From: Brumimicrobium sp.
Lineage (GTDB): Bacteria > Bacteroidota > Bacteroidia > Flavobacteriales_D > Crocinitomicaceae
Length of the DNA stretch: 64,000 nt
Assembly (NCBI GenBank): GCA_041655765.1
Contig: JBBAEU010000003.1
Location: 4,923-68,922 of the forward strand
Direction of reading: 5' to 3'
Positions 1-9,114 of the stretch are shown here, in pieces. A model generated the notes under the pieces. It searched no databases and was not told the origin of the DNA. It saw nothing but the letters and a program-made list of their open reading frames with translations. A program made the position numbers and the translations under genes. Position 1 is the stretch's first letter. The number at the start of each line of letters is the position of its first letter.

Positions 1-2
1 AA

Positions 3-314
3 ATTATCGTACGTTCCCAAGGAAATACCGAAAAAACACTTACAGACATACAGGCGACCCACCTTTTTCGTATTATACAAGAAGCTGTGAGTAATGCCTA
101 TAAATATGCCAAAGCCCAAAATATTTATATCAATTTAGAAGTAACAGACAAGATATGCTTTTCAATTACAGATGACGGAATTGGCTTTGAACCTTCCGCT
201 GTCCAAAACGGTAATGGCTTGAAAAATATGCAGTCGAGAATTACAGAACTAAAAGGCGTGTTGCAAATTAAAAGCGAGCCAAATAAAGGCACTAAAGTAA
301 GCGGTTGCTTTTAA
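3..314 (+). CDS. Sensor histidine kinase, NarX/DesK-like, C-terminal HATPase domain (5' partial, runs off window)
   Basis: Frame is open from base 3: HLFRIIQEAVSNAYKYA (N box), ITDDGIGF (G1), GNGLKNM (G2). Directly upstream of a NarL-type regulator. Confidence 0.9.
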   Translation: MIVRSQGNTEKTLTDIQATHLFRIIQEAVSNAYKYAKAQNIYINLEVTDKICFSITDDGIGFEPSAVQNGNGLKNMQSRITELKGVLQIKSEPNKGTKVSGCF

Positions 315-322
315 AATGAAAA

Positions 323-340
323 ATACGAATAACTGCGTAT
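323..340. promoter_or_regulatory. Inverted-repeat operator ATACG-N8-CGTAT, copy 1
   Basis: ATACGAATAACTGCGTAT. Near-identical copy at 1040-1057. Lies 22 nt upstream of a -7-like octamer TAATTTAG (363-370). Confidence 0.65.
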
Positions 341-393
341 GGTTAACAAAGCATTAAAAGAATAATTTAGTGGAAAATTATAATAAAAGACCA

Positions 394-1038
394 ATGCCCA
401 TTCATATTGCCATAGCGGAAGACAATAGCTTTGCCTTGCAAGGGTTGAAAAATCGCTTGGCAAAACATCCCGAAATTATCATTAAACATACTGCCAAAAC
501 CGGAGCGGAGTTATTAAAACAACTCAACAAAAATCATAACATCGACTTGGTTTTAATGGATTTGCAAATGCCTGAAATGGACGGTATTGAGGCAACCGCA
601 GCTGTAAAGACCAAATACCCGCAAATCAAAGTACTTATTCTCACCACTTTTGATGATGACGAAAGTCTCTTTAATGCAATATTGGCAGGTGCATCAGGAT
701 ATTTATTAAAAGAAGACAGCGGAACGGAAATTTTTCAAGCCATTATGGATACACTTTCGGGTGGAGCTGCAATGAGTCCCGTGATCGCACTGAAAACACT
801 CCAACTTATACGGCAACCTATTTCAAAAAATCAAAAAACCGAAGATTTTGGACTTACTGAACGGGAAACCGAACTTCTTACGCAACTTAAAAACGGGTTA
901 ACTTATGAAGAGGTAGCGACTAACTTACACATCAGCTATCATACCGTGCGCAAGCACATCGAGAACATTTACCGAAAACTACAGGTAAAAAACAAAGTAG
1001 AAGCCGTAAAAAAGGCGACTGATAATAGAATTGTCTAA
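394..1038 (+). CDS. NarL/FixJ family response regulator (REC + LuxR HTH)
   Basis: IAIAEDN, DLVLMDLQMPEMDG (phospho-Asp), ILTTFDD, GASGYLLK, LTERETELL...TVRKHIENIYRKL. ORF track start is 370; ATG at 394 preferred. Confidence 0.95.
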   Translation: MPIHIAIAEDNSFALQGLKNRLAKHPEIIIKHTAKTGAELLKQLNKNHNIDLVLMDLQMPEMDGIEATAAVKTKYPQIKVLILTTFDDDESLFNAILAGASGYLLKEDSGTEIFQAIMDTLSGGAAMSPVIALKTLQLIRQPISKNQKTEDFGLTERETELLTQLKNGLTYEEVATNLHISYHTVRKHIENIYRKLQVKNKVEAVKKATDNRIV

Positions 1039-1039
1039 A

Positions 1040-1057
1040 ATACGAAGAATTGCGTAT
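1040..1057. promoter_or_regulatory. Inverted-repeat operator ATACG-N8-CGTAT, copy 2
   Basis: ATACGAAGAATTGCGTAT. Lies 22 nt upstream of a -7-like octamer CAACTTTG (1080-1087), the same spacing as copy 1. Confidence 0.65.
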
Positions 1058-1112
1058 TGAATATCCTCTGTTAGATTCTCAACTTTGCAGAATACTAAAA
1101 AAATAAACAATT

Positions 1113-1367
1113 ATGAAAAAAATGATTCTATTATGCTGTATAACAGCAATGATGTTGGCTACTGGTTGTAGTAAGGACGATAATAACAATGGATCTGGCT
1201 GTATATCAGAATACTCCTGTTTTGAATGTACAAACTGCCAAGGTAATTACGGACACCTTATAGATGGAGAATATTGCGTGGACGGTTATGATAACTGTGA
1301 GGATTGGGAAACCGCAAAAGTCAATTACGAAACCAATGATGGATGCGATTGCGAATACACGCAATAG
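1113..1367 (+). CDS. Small acidic Cys-rich lipoprotein, unknown function
   Basis: MKK + hydrophobic stretch + lipobox LATG-C; 8 further Cys in the mature part including CFECTNC. Confidence 0.8.
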   Translation: MKKMILLCCITAMMLATGCSKDDNNNGSGCISEYSCFECTNCQGNYGHLIDGEYCVDGYDNCEDWETAKVNYETNDGCDCEYTQ

Positions 1368-1399
1368 GCCACTTATTTAACTTATAAAAACACAAAACA

Positions 1400-2345
1400 A
1401 TGAAAAAAACATTACTCACAATCGGAATAGCAATGTTGGTTTCCGCAGGTGCGTTTTCTCAACTTGGAACCATAGACCCAAACTTCAATCTTGGATCAGG
1501 CTTCGGTCCCGACATTTGGACGGGAAAATGTGAAACAGTAAAACAACAACAGAACGGAAAACTGTTGGTAGGAGGGTCATTCAAAACCTACGATGATAAA
1601 CGAAGCACTTTACATCATTAGATTAAATTTAGATGGCACGCGCGACAATGGTTTTACCAGCCCATTTAATGAAAAATGGGGAGCAACAATAAATCACATT
1701 GAGGTTTTATCTGATGGCAAGATTTTGGTGGGTGGCGCCTTCTTGGAATCGAGCGACACGACCTTACCGGGAATCATTCGACTCAATTCTGATGGGAGTA
1801 TTGACCAAAGCTTTACCGCTCCTTCTTCCGTAACCGGTGTTTCAACCTTTGCTGTGCAGGCGGATGGAAAAGTATTTGTTGCAAACCAAAATTTTGGAGC
1901 ACCAAGCGAAGCGTACGTGGTGGAACGATACAATGTGGATGGGTCTTTAGATACCATTTTCCCTAAAAAATACGTAAACAGAGAGGTAAAAGACCTTATC
2001 ATTCAAACCGATGGCAACATTACATTTGTGGGCTATTTCGACTACAACCCCACAGGAATTATGCGACTTATAGGAGATGCCCCGTTGAGCATTAACTCAA
2101 TGGAAGAAGATGAATTCAATATTAAAATGTATCCCAACCCTGCTTCAGGAATTGTAAACTTTGATAATATTCCACAAAATTCCATGCTTCGCATTATCGA
2201 CCTTACAGGAAAAGTAATGTATGAACAATTTGTATCGGATAATTTCGAATCGGTAAATATTTCAGATTTTACAAACGGTATATATTTAGTCCAAATTGAA
2301 AACAACGGAAGTATATCAAATAAGAAACTAATTGTAAACCAATAA
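1400..2345 (+). pseudogene. Frameshifted delta-60-repeat (DUF5122-like) protein with T9SS type A C-terminal sorting domain
   Basis: Signal peptide and NGKLLVGGSF in ORF 1400-1621 continue into IIRLNLDGTRD in ORF 1593-2345 if one A is removed from AAA at 1598-1600. Repeats DGKILVGG/RLNSDGSID; C-terminal MYPNP...NGIYLVQI...KKLIV. Confidence 0.8.
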
Positions 2346-2351
2346 AAACAC

Positions 2352-2392
2352 CACTAATGCACGAATAATGTTCCTTTATTCGTGCATTAGTG
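2352..2392 (+). terminator. Intrinsic terminator-like hairpin
   Basis: Perfect 17-bp stem CACTAATGCACGAATAA / TTATTCGTGCATTAGTG with 7-nt loop, 7 bp after the stop; short T tail. Confidence 0.75.
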
Positions 2393-2417
2393 TTTAAAAA
2401 AGAATATGAAGTACAAA

Positions 2418-2731
2418 CTTACAACTGAGTAATAGTCCTGAGTTTGCAGAACACCTTAAAATCACAGAAAAATTACAAACACCGATTTACTTTGCTCATC
2501 CATATTGTTCATGGGAAAAAGGCGCCATCGAGCATGGTAATAAGTTTATTAGACAATTTATACCGAAGGATGCCGACTTTAACGCAACATACCCAAGGGC
2601 ATTTGACTGATATACAACAGTTATTAAATATAAGACCTCAAAAAAACTACATTTTAAACCTCAAAAGAGAATATTTTATAACTTTATAGATGGAAATTAT
2701 GGTAGTGTATCATTTGAAACTTGTTTCTGCC
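2418..2731 (+). mobile_element. Degenerate IS30-family transposase 3' remnant
   Basis: Frameshifted pieces translate to TT(D)NSPEFAEH...IYFAHPYCSWEKGAIEHGNKFIRQFIPK...LNIRPQK, matching IS30 DNG.EFA / YFAHPY.SWERG.NE.N..IR / LN.RPRK motifs. Ends in CATTTGAAACTTG, resembling IS30 right ends. Confidence 0.8.
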
Positions 2732-2820
2732 GATGCTCATAAAGCCAGTGTTTTAAAGATGCTTAAAGTTTATTTTGTACTTTTATCGGACTGTAATGAT
2801 TTAATAACTTTAAATAAAAA

Positions 2821-3600
2821 ATGAAAAAAACATTAACCTTATTTTTTACTGGGGTTTTTATCCTTCAAACATCAGCTGTTTTAGCTTGGGGAGTGACGGG
2901 TCACCGTGTGGTTGGAGAAATTGCTGATAAACACATTACCGATAAAACAAAAAAAGCAATAAAAAGAGTTCTAGGAAATAGCTCCATGGCAGTCGAATCA
3001 AATTGGATGGATGATATTAAATCTGACCACCAAACAAAATACGATACGTTAAACGCATACCACTATGTTTCTATCCCAGATGGAATGAAATATGAAGAAA
3101 CCAATTTAAACCCTAAAGGAGATGCCATTCGCGGGATGCAAACTGCAATTTCTAAGCTGAAAAGTGGTCAACTCTCATCTGAAATGGAAGCTCATTATCT
3201 AAAAATGTTGATTCACATTGTGGGCGACTTACATCAGCCTTTACACGTTGGAAGATCCGATGATGCTGGAGGAAATGCTATCAAAGTTTCATGGTTTGGT
3301 GAAAGTTCAAACCTCCATAAAGTTTGGGATAGCGATATCATCAACGGAAAACTTTATAGTTATACTGAATTAACAAATATCATCAATCACCCAACACCCG
3401 AAGAGATTAAAAAATGGCAAGATGCAACCCTTGATGATTGGATAAAAGAAGCGCAAGATTTGCGACTGGGGATTTACGACTTCGAAGAAAAACGCTACTG
3501 GGAATACGAATATATGTATGCACATTGGGATACTATTCAGAATCAACTCCTAAAAGCAGGCGTTCGGTTGGCGGGTATTTTAAACGATATATATGGATAA
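2821..3600 (+). CDS. S1/P1 nuclease family protein (secreted)
   Basis: Signal peptide then WGVTGHRVVGEIA; WMDDIK, HYV, HIVGDLHQPLHVG, NLHKVWD zinc-ligand motifs. Confidence 0.93.
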   Translation: MKKTLTLFFTGVFILQTSAVLAWGVTGHRVVGEIADKHITDKTKKAIKRVLGNSSMAVESNWMDDIKSDHQTKYDTLNAYHYVSIPDGMKYEETNLNPKGDAIRGMQTAISKLKSGQLSSEMEAHYLKMLIHIVGDLHQPLHVGRSDDAGGNAIKVSWFGESSNLHKVWDSDIINGKLYSYTELTNIINHPTPEEIKKWQDATLDDWIKEAQDLRLGIYDFEEKRYWEYEYMYAHWDTIQNQLLKAGVRLAGILNDIYG

Positions 3601-3618
3601 AGTCTATCGAAATAATCT

Positions 3619-5115
3619 ATGAGCAATCCCATCAAAAAATTAGCAGGCCAAACAGCCATTTATGGACTCTCGAGCATCATCGGGAGGTTCTTAAATTATT
3701 TGCTTGTTCCACTATACGTTACGGTTTTTATACATACTGCAGATTATGGTGTGGTATCTGAACTTTATGCGTGGATTGCTTTTTTGATTGTTTTGTTGAC
3801 TTTTGGGATGGAAACGGCTTTTTTTAAATTCCTTTCTGATAGACCAGAAAGAAAAGAAAAAATCTTTAGAAACTCAATGTTGAGCGTGTTATCGGTTAAC
3901 TTTGTGTTTCTTTCATTGGTGCTTGTGTTTAATCAACAAATTGCCAATAAAATGTTGTTCCATGATAATCCTGAATACATCATATTATTAGGATTGGTGG
4001 TGTTTATCGATGCAGTTTCAGCCTTGCCAATGGCAAAGTTAAGGGCAGAGGAAAAAACCATTAAATTTGCTTCTATCCAACTTATTGGTATTGGAATTAA
4101 CATCGGATTAAACTTGTTCTTTATGCTGGTTCTTTTTGACCCAGAAACACAAAATCCAGAAGTCGGAGTTCGATATATTTTTATTGCCAACATTGCCGCA
4201 TCTTTGGTGAAACCCATCGTGCTTTATAAAGATTATACTTCTTTGCGCTGGATTTGGGACGGAAAACTTATCAAGGCAATGATAAAATATAGCTTGCCTT
4301 TAGCAATTGCAGGTTTTGCTTATGTTATCAATGAAACAGTTGACAGAATTTTATTAAAATACTTAACTTATCAATCCATGCTTGGAGAGATGACCCAAGA
4401 AGCTGCACTAACTTATGCAGAATCACAAGTGGGAATATATAGTGCAAGTTACAAATTAGCGATGCTCATCACCATTTTTTTACAGGCTTTTCGATATGCG
4501 GCAGAACCGTTCTTTTTTGCCCAAGCAAAGAATGAAAACAGAAACGAAATCTACGTAAAAGTAATGAACTACTTCGTAGGAATTGTTTTATTGTTCTTCC
4601 TTATCGTTTCTTTGAATCTTGACATATTCAAATATTTTATTCCCAATCCAAACTATTGGGAAGGATTAAAAATTGTTCCGATACTTTTACTGGCAAACGT
4701 TTGGTCGGGCGTCTATGTCAACCAAAGTATTTGGTACAAATTGTCTGGACAAACAAAATATGGCGCTCTAATTGCTGTCTGGGGAGCAATTTTCACAATA
4801 ACATTAAACTTCCTATTTATCCCAATTATTGGATATATGGCAGCGGCTTGGACAACTTTTGCGGTGTATGCAGGACAGATGATTGCTTCATATTTGTTGG
4901 GTCAAAAACATTATCCCATTCCATATAATCTCAAAAAATTCTTTTTATACATATCCACAGCTGTAGTGATTTTTTTAGTCCTCAAATGGATAAATATTGA
5001 AGATAATGTTTATCGATTTATTGTTCATAACACGTTGATTATCTTATACTTTATCTTGATTTATTGGGCTGAAAAAAGAACGGATGGCTCGTTAGATAAA
5101 AACACTACTGCTTAA
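3619..5115 (+). CDS. Wzx-like polysaccharide flippase (MOP/MATE superfamily)
   Basis: IKKLAGQTAIYGLSSIIGRFLNYLLVPLY, LTFGMETAFF, VGIYSASYKLA; about 12-14 hydrophobic segments. Confidence 0.88.
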   Translation: MSNPIKKLAGQTAIYGLSSIIGRFLNYLLVPLYVTVFIHTADYGVVSELYAWIAFLIVLLTFGMETAFFKFLSDRPERKEKIFRNSMLSVLSVNFVFLSLVLVFNQQIANKMLFHDNPEYIILLGLVVFIDAVSALPMAKLRAEEKTIKFASIQLIGIGINIGLNLFFMLVLFDPETQNPEVGVRYIFIANIAASLVKPIVLYKDYTSLRWIWDGKLIKAMIKYSLPLAIAGFAYVINETVDRILLKYLTYQSMLGEMTQEAALTYAESQVGIYSASYKLAMLITIFLQAFRYAAEPFFFAQAKNENRNEIYVKVMNYFVGIVLLFFLIVSLNLDIFKYFIPNPNYWEGLKIVPILLLANVWSGVYVNQSIWYKLSGQTKYGALIAVWGAIFTITLNFLFIPIIGYMAAAWTTFAVYAGQMIASYLLGQKHYPIPYNLKKFFLYISTAVVIFLVLKWINIEDNVYRFIVHNTLIILYFILIYWAEKRTDGSLDKNTTA

Positions 5116-5183
5116 TTTTTCGATACTTCGTATTGCCTTAACTATTGAAATCATCCCAACTCAGTTGAGAAAAACTTAAAACA

Positions 5184-5215
5184 ATTGGGGGTTATTAAAA
5201 GAAAACTTATCTTTG
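5184..5215 (+). promoter_or_regulatory. Bacteroidota sigma70-type promoter
   Basis: ATTG (5184-5187), 20-nt spacer, TATCTTTG (5208-5215), matching TTG-N19-21-TAnnTTTG. Confidence 0.65.
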
Positions 5216-5233
5216 ATAAGGAAAAGTATAAAA

Positions 5234-5974
5234 ATGAATTGTTTTTTAGCACCATTATATTATCTTTGGAAACTATATATTGGTTTGGTATTCGTCATTA
5301 CGCTCCTACTTTTTTATCCTTTATTGTTTGTAATCCTTCAGTTTGAACAACTAAAACCCCTTTCTTTTAAGGTCAATGTTGTATGGTCAAGATGTATCCG
5401 TATTTTTTGTTTTTACGCCATCGAAATAACAGGAAACACCAACATACAAAAAGAACCGTGTGTCATTGTTGGAAATCATACTTCATACCTTGATATTTTT
5501 CTTTTATACAGCTTTTTACCCAAAAATCGATTCTTATTTATGGGAAAAAGTGAACTGCTGGGCTATCCTTTTGTAAAAACCTTTTTTAAACGATTGAATA
5601 TTCCCGTTGATAGAAATAACGCAATGAAATCGGGGCGCGCATTTATAAAAGCAAGACAAGAACTTAACGAAGGATGGAGCATTGCGCTTTTTCCTGAAGG
5701 TGGAATTATGGATCCAACTTCTAAATTGTTTCCTTTTAAAGATGGAGCTTTTCAATTGGCCAAATCATCAAAAAGCGATATTGTACCCATGACTTTTATG
5801 AATAACTTTCGCTTGTTTTCTGATCCAGTTTATATGTTGTACCCTGCAATGCCTGGATTAGTTAAAGTGCACATTCACAATACAATCAAAAAAGAAGAAG
5901 TTATTCAATCTGACATTGAAACGCTAAAAAATAAAACTCATCGACTCATCAATGCTTATTTGCCACAAGAATAA
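5234..5974 (+). CDS. 1-acyl-sn-glycerol-3-phosphate acyltransferase family (PlsC-like)
   Basis: NHTSYLD (HX4D), IPVDR, FPEGG motifs. ATG at 5234 chosen because the track start overlaps the promoter. Confidence 0.9.
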   Translation: MNCFLAPLYYLWKLYIGLVFVITLLLFYPLLFVILQFEQLKPLSFKVNVVWSRCIRIFCFYAIEITGNTNIQKEPCVIVGNHTSYLDIFLLYSFLPKNRFLFMGKSELLGYPFVKTFFKRLNIPVDRNNAMKSGRAFIKARQELNEGWSIALFPEGGIMDPTSKLFPFKDGAFQLAKSSKSDIVPMTFMNNFRLFSDPVYMLYPAMPGLVKVHIHNTIKKEEVIQSDIETLKNKTHRLINAYLPQE

Positions 5975-6014
5975 TTACATTTATGGCTGACTTTGAACTG
6001 AAAAATTTTATGAA

Positions 6015-6290
6015 ATGAAAAAAATACTTCCATTATTTATTCTTCCTTTGTTTTTTGCCTGTAACAGCAATTCTAAAAACAATGAACTTTGTGATTGTGT
6101 AGCCGCAGGTGCAGAAGCTGATAGTATTTCTGCCTATTATTTGGTGAATGAACAAACATTAGAAGGCAAAGAAGCGTTGGAAAAAGCCATCGAAAAACGT
6201 GATAAAATCTGTTTGCAATTTGAAAATATGCTCGGACATGAATTACAAGAAATGGCACAAGATTGTGAGGAATTGAAAGTTAAAGAATAG
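6015..6290 (+). CDS. Hypothetical lipoprotein
   Basis: MKKILPLFILPLFFA-C lipoprotein signal; CDC and two further Cys. Confidence 0.75.
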   Translation: MKKILPLFILPLFFACNSNSKNNELCDCVAAGAEADSISAYYLVNEQTLEGKEALEKAIEKRDKICLQFENMLGHELQEMAQDCEELKVKE

Positions 6291-6309
6291 GGATGATTTG
6301 TTTTATCTC

Positions 6310-7320
6310 CTACTTTAAAGCATAAATCCTTTCGATAACGTCCACAACTTTCAAACCTTCAAGTGCATTGGTCGTTGCTGAATCTTTCCCGTGTAATGTA
6401 TCAATAACGTTTTGAATAACGAAGTGGTGATTGGCTGCGGAACCTTTGTATGCACCATAGTCATTTCCTGGACTTGTTGTTTCAAGTGTTGGCATTTCGT
6501 AGTTTTTAATATCACAAACTTCTACTTTATCCATATACTGACCACCAATTTTAACGGATCCTTTTTCAGCGATAATGGTTAACGAAGATTCTAAATTTTG
6601 ATGTGCTACGGAAGTTGAATAGTTAAAGTTTCCCATCCCTCCATTTACAAAGTCGAAACTTACGTTTCCAGAATCTTCAAATTCAGTCAGCGTTTGGTGA
6701 TTGAAGTCGGCAAACCTCGCTTGAATGTTATAAATATCACCAAATAACCATACCATCATATCGATAAAATGAGAAAATTGGGTAAATAATGTTCCTCCGT
6801 CTAACTCTTTGGTTCCGTGCCAATTTTTTCCTGTATAATAACGCTCATCACGATTCCAATAACAGTTGATTTGCACCATATATATTTCCCCAAGAATCCC
6901 TTTTTTTAGAACATCTTTTATCCACACTGAAGGAGGTGAATATCGGTTCTGCATTACGCAAAAAATGTGCTTATCAACTTCCTCTGCTTGTTTAATCATT
7001 GCCATACATTCTGCTCGGCTTAATCCCATGGGCTTTTCACAAACGACATGCTTTTTGTGTTTTAACATTTCGATACTGTGTTTAGCATGCAAACCGTTCG
7101 GGGTACAAATATTCGCAATATCAAAATCAATTCCCGAAGCGATTAATTCTTCAATGGAATTAAAAAAAGGAACATCATACGACTCCAACCCCAATTCTTC
7201 ATGTGGTTTTATATCTACTAAAGCAACCAAATTAGCTTCAGGGTTGGAAGCAACTTTAGCTGCATGGCGTTTCCCAATATGCCCACAGCCAATAATTACG
7301 AAATTGAATTTTTGTGACAT
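6310..7320 (-). CDS. Gfo/Idh/MocA oxidoreductase, WbpB/WlbA-like nucleotide-sugar 3-dehydrogenase
   Basis: IIGCGHIG, ICTPNGLH, VCEKPM, QNRYSP, WNRD..YY, DGGTLFTQFSHFID. Track start is 7368; ATG at 7320 preferred. Confidence 0.88.
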   Translation of the reverse strand: MSQKFNFVIIGCGHIGKRHAAKVASNPEANLVALVDIKPHEELGLESYDVPFFNSIEELIASGIDFDIANICTPNGLHAKHSIEMLKHKKHVVCEKPMGLSRAECMAMIKQAEEVDKHIFCVMQNRYSPPSVWIKDVLKKGILGEIYMVQINCYWNRDERYYTGKNWHGTKELDGGTLFTQFSHFIDMMVWLFGDIYNIQARFADFNHQTLTEFEDSGNVSFDFVNGGMGNFNYSTSVAHQNLESSLTIIAEKGSVKIGGQYMDKVEVCDIKNYEMPTLETTSPGNDYGAYKGSAANHHFVIQNVIDTLHGKDSATTNALEGLKVVDVIERIYALK

Positions 7321-7382
7321 GATGGCAAATGTATTAATTTTTAAATTAGGTTGATACGCTTTACTCACTTTATTTAATAGAA

Positions 7383-7520
7383 CTACTTCAACAAACTAAC
7401 ATGTCCTACAATCTCAACGTATCCATCGTTATGTTTTTTCTTGACTTTAATCTTATAAATATAGAGCCCTTCTTTCACATTGTTTAATTTTTCAAGCCCA
7501 TACGTACCGTCCCAACCAAT
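7383..7520 (-). pseudogene. Orphan 3' fragment of a gliding-motility (CHU_C, T9SS type B) C-terminal domain gene
   Basis: Manual translation IGWDGTYGLEKLNNVKEGLYIYKIKVKKKHNDGYVEIVGHVSLLK*; in-frame TAA immediately upstream and no start codon. Confidence 0.75.
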
Positions 7521-7573
7521 TTATCTGTGCAAATTGCTCGTGTCAAACAAATTGTACCTAAGAAAGGCAAGGA

Positions 7574-8929
7574 TCAATCTCTCTCCTCAATGAAATCTTT
7601 CCAATACAACACGACCGCAAAAAACATTAACAAAGGCGCTCTCAACCTTACCAATACGCCAAAAACAATTGATGTGAAACCAGTTGCAAACGCATAAATT
7701 AATACGAGAAGCAAGGCGTACAATAGAAACTTATTATTTAGCGATGCCCTGATAAATGCTATTGGTTTAAATGCAATTCGTTTAATAAAAACAAACAACA
7801 ACACACTGCTTTCTATTCCATTTAAAATCAACGTGGGTGTCAGTGCTTCCCAAATCCCAGGTCTGAAAATCCCAGTAAATATTGCCAAAGGACTTGCTAA
7901 AATCATACCTTGAGGAGTAAACGAGGTTGTTCCTAAACTATATTTTTTACCCGTATATAATTGATTCTGAATAAAATCCTGTTGAATAATTTGTCCTTCT
8001 GTGAGTAAGTTATTTACAGATTCATACATGCCAAATATATATAAACCAAATGCCATAAAGACTAACCCTACACTAACCACCCCTATTCGCAATAGACCAC
8101 GTAAAAAACGTTGTTCGACTGAGTTTACCAAGGTTAATATCCACATCAATAAGAAACTCACTAAAACAATCGCTAATACAACTCCTCTAACATTGTAAAG
8201 GATTAGGGCATAAAACAGAATGCCTAACGCATATTTGAATCTTCGCTTTTTGAGAGTCACCCATTTGATTAGATAGTAGGAAATTCCAAACAAAGTAAGC
8301 AGAACAATCGAGTCTTTGGAAATACCTGAGCACCAGAAAGCAGCAGAAGGAATATATAAGAAGAGCCAATAAAATTTAGAGTTCTTATTTTTAATTAATT
8401 TTTCATGTATAAGTTTGTATAGCCGCCATTGTACTAAGAAACCCAAAAAAGAAAAATATAAGCTGGTGAGTAAATATTGTTTCCCCGAGAAAAAGCCAAA
8501 AAACCATGTGATTTTAGAAATAAAATAACCCTCAGCATCAAAATAAATCCAACCTGGGTAGGTTATTCCTCTTTTATAGAAATTATTTTCATATACATTA
8601 AGGGCAGGGTTGTTCCACATTTCATGCAAAAAATCTTGGGGATAGCTGAAAAGTAAATCTGATAAGGCGTTTGACATATTCCAAAAAGCTCCACTATCTG
8701 CTCCCTTGTACAATATAGAATTGGCAAATCCAAAAAGAAAAACAGAAAACATTTTAAAAAGAAAAAAAGGCAGATAACTTTTATAAATGGGATTGTTCTG
8801 CTTTGAACGATAAAAGAATAGAATAACATAAACAACGAACACCCAAAAAACTGAGAGTACTATATCTATGACGCTCGGAAAGCTAATTCCTCCATAGTTA
8901 TAGTTGTTATAGGTTAATAATATATCCAT
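7574..8929 (-). CDS. Multi-pass membrane protein in glycan locus, possibly polymerase/ligase-like (GT-C fold)
   Basis: About 11-12 hydrophobic segments with two large loops; GADSGAFW near the N-terminus, LVRLRAP near the C-terminus; glycan-locus context. Confidence 0.6.
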   Translation of the reverse strand: MDILLTYNNYNYGGISFPSVIDIVLSVFWVFVVYVILFFYRSKQNNPIYKSYLPFFLFKMFSVFLFGFANSILYKGADSGAFWNMSNALSDLLFSYPQDFLHEMWNNPALNVYENNFYKRGITYPGWIYFDAEGYFISKITWFFGFFSGKQYLLTSLYFSFLGFLVQWRLYKLIHEKLIKNKNSKFYWLFLYIPSAAFWCSGISKDSIVLLTLFGISYYLIKWVTLKKRRFKYALGILFYALILYNVRGVVLAIVLVSFLLMWILTLVNSVEQRFLRGLLRIGVVSVGLVFMAFGLYIFGMYESVNNLLTEGQIIQQDFIQNQLYTGKKYSLGTTSFTPQGMILASPLAIFTGIFRPGIWEALTPTLILNGIESSVLLFVFIKRIAFKPIAFIRASLNNKFLLYALLLVLIYAFATGFTSIVFGVLVRLRAPLLMFFAVVLYWKDFIEERD

Positions 8930-9080
8930 TGCTTAAAACAATCACTTCGTAAAATTCTACACATATTACTCGCCTTTCTGGTAAATAAATAGTACCATTC
9001 ATATAATGTAAAAATCAAACGGTTGACAATCTACAAATTTATATATTATTTTACAGAGTTATTCGAAAAATATGAATAGG

Positions 9081-9088
9081 CAAAGATA
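9081..9088 (-). promoter_or_regulatory. -7 promoter box for the 8929 gene
   Basis: TATCTTTG on the minus strand just after the wzm stop; no clear -33 box at canonical spacing. Confidence 0.5.
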
Positions 9089-9114
9089 GTAAGCTACAAT
9101 CAAATAGAAGTTAA

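Noticed and set aside
1592-1610. Programmed ribosomal frameshift or phase-variable tract
   Set aside because: Only three A, with no slippery heptamer or downstream stimulator visible.
2444-2689. 81-aa ORF in the track as a real gene
   Set aside because: It is a by-product of the frameshifted IS30 relic; only its last third is in the transposase frame.
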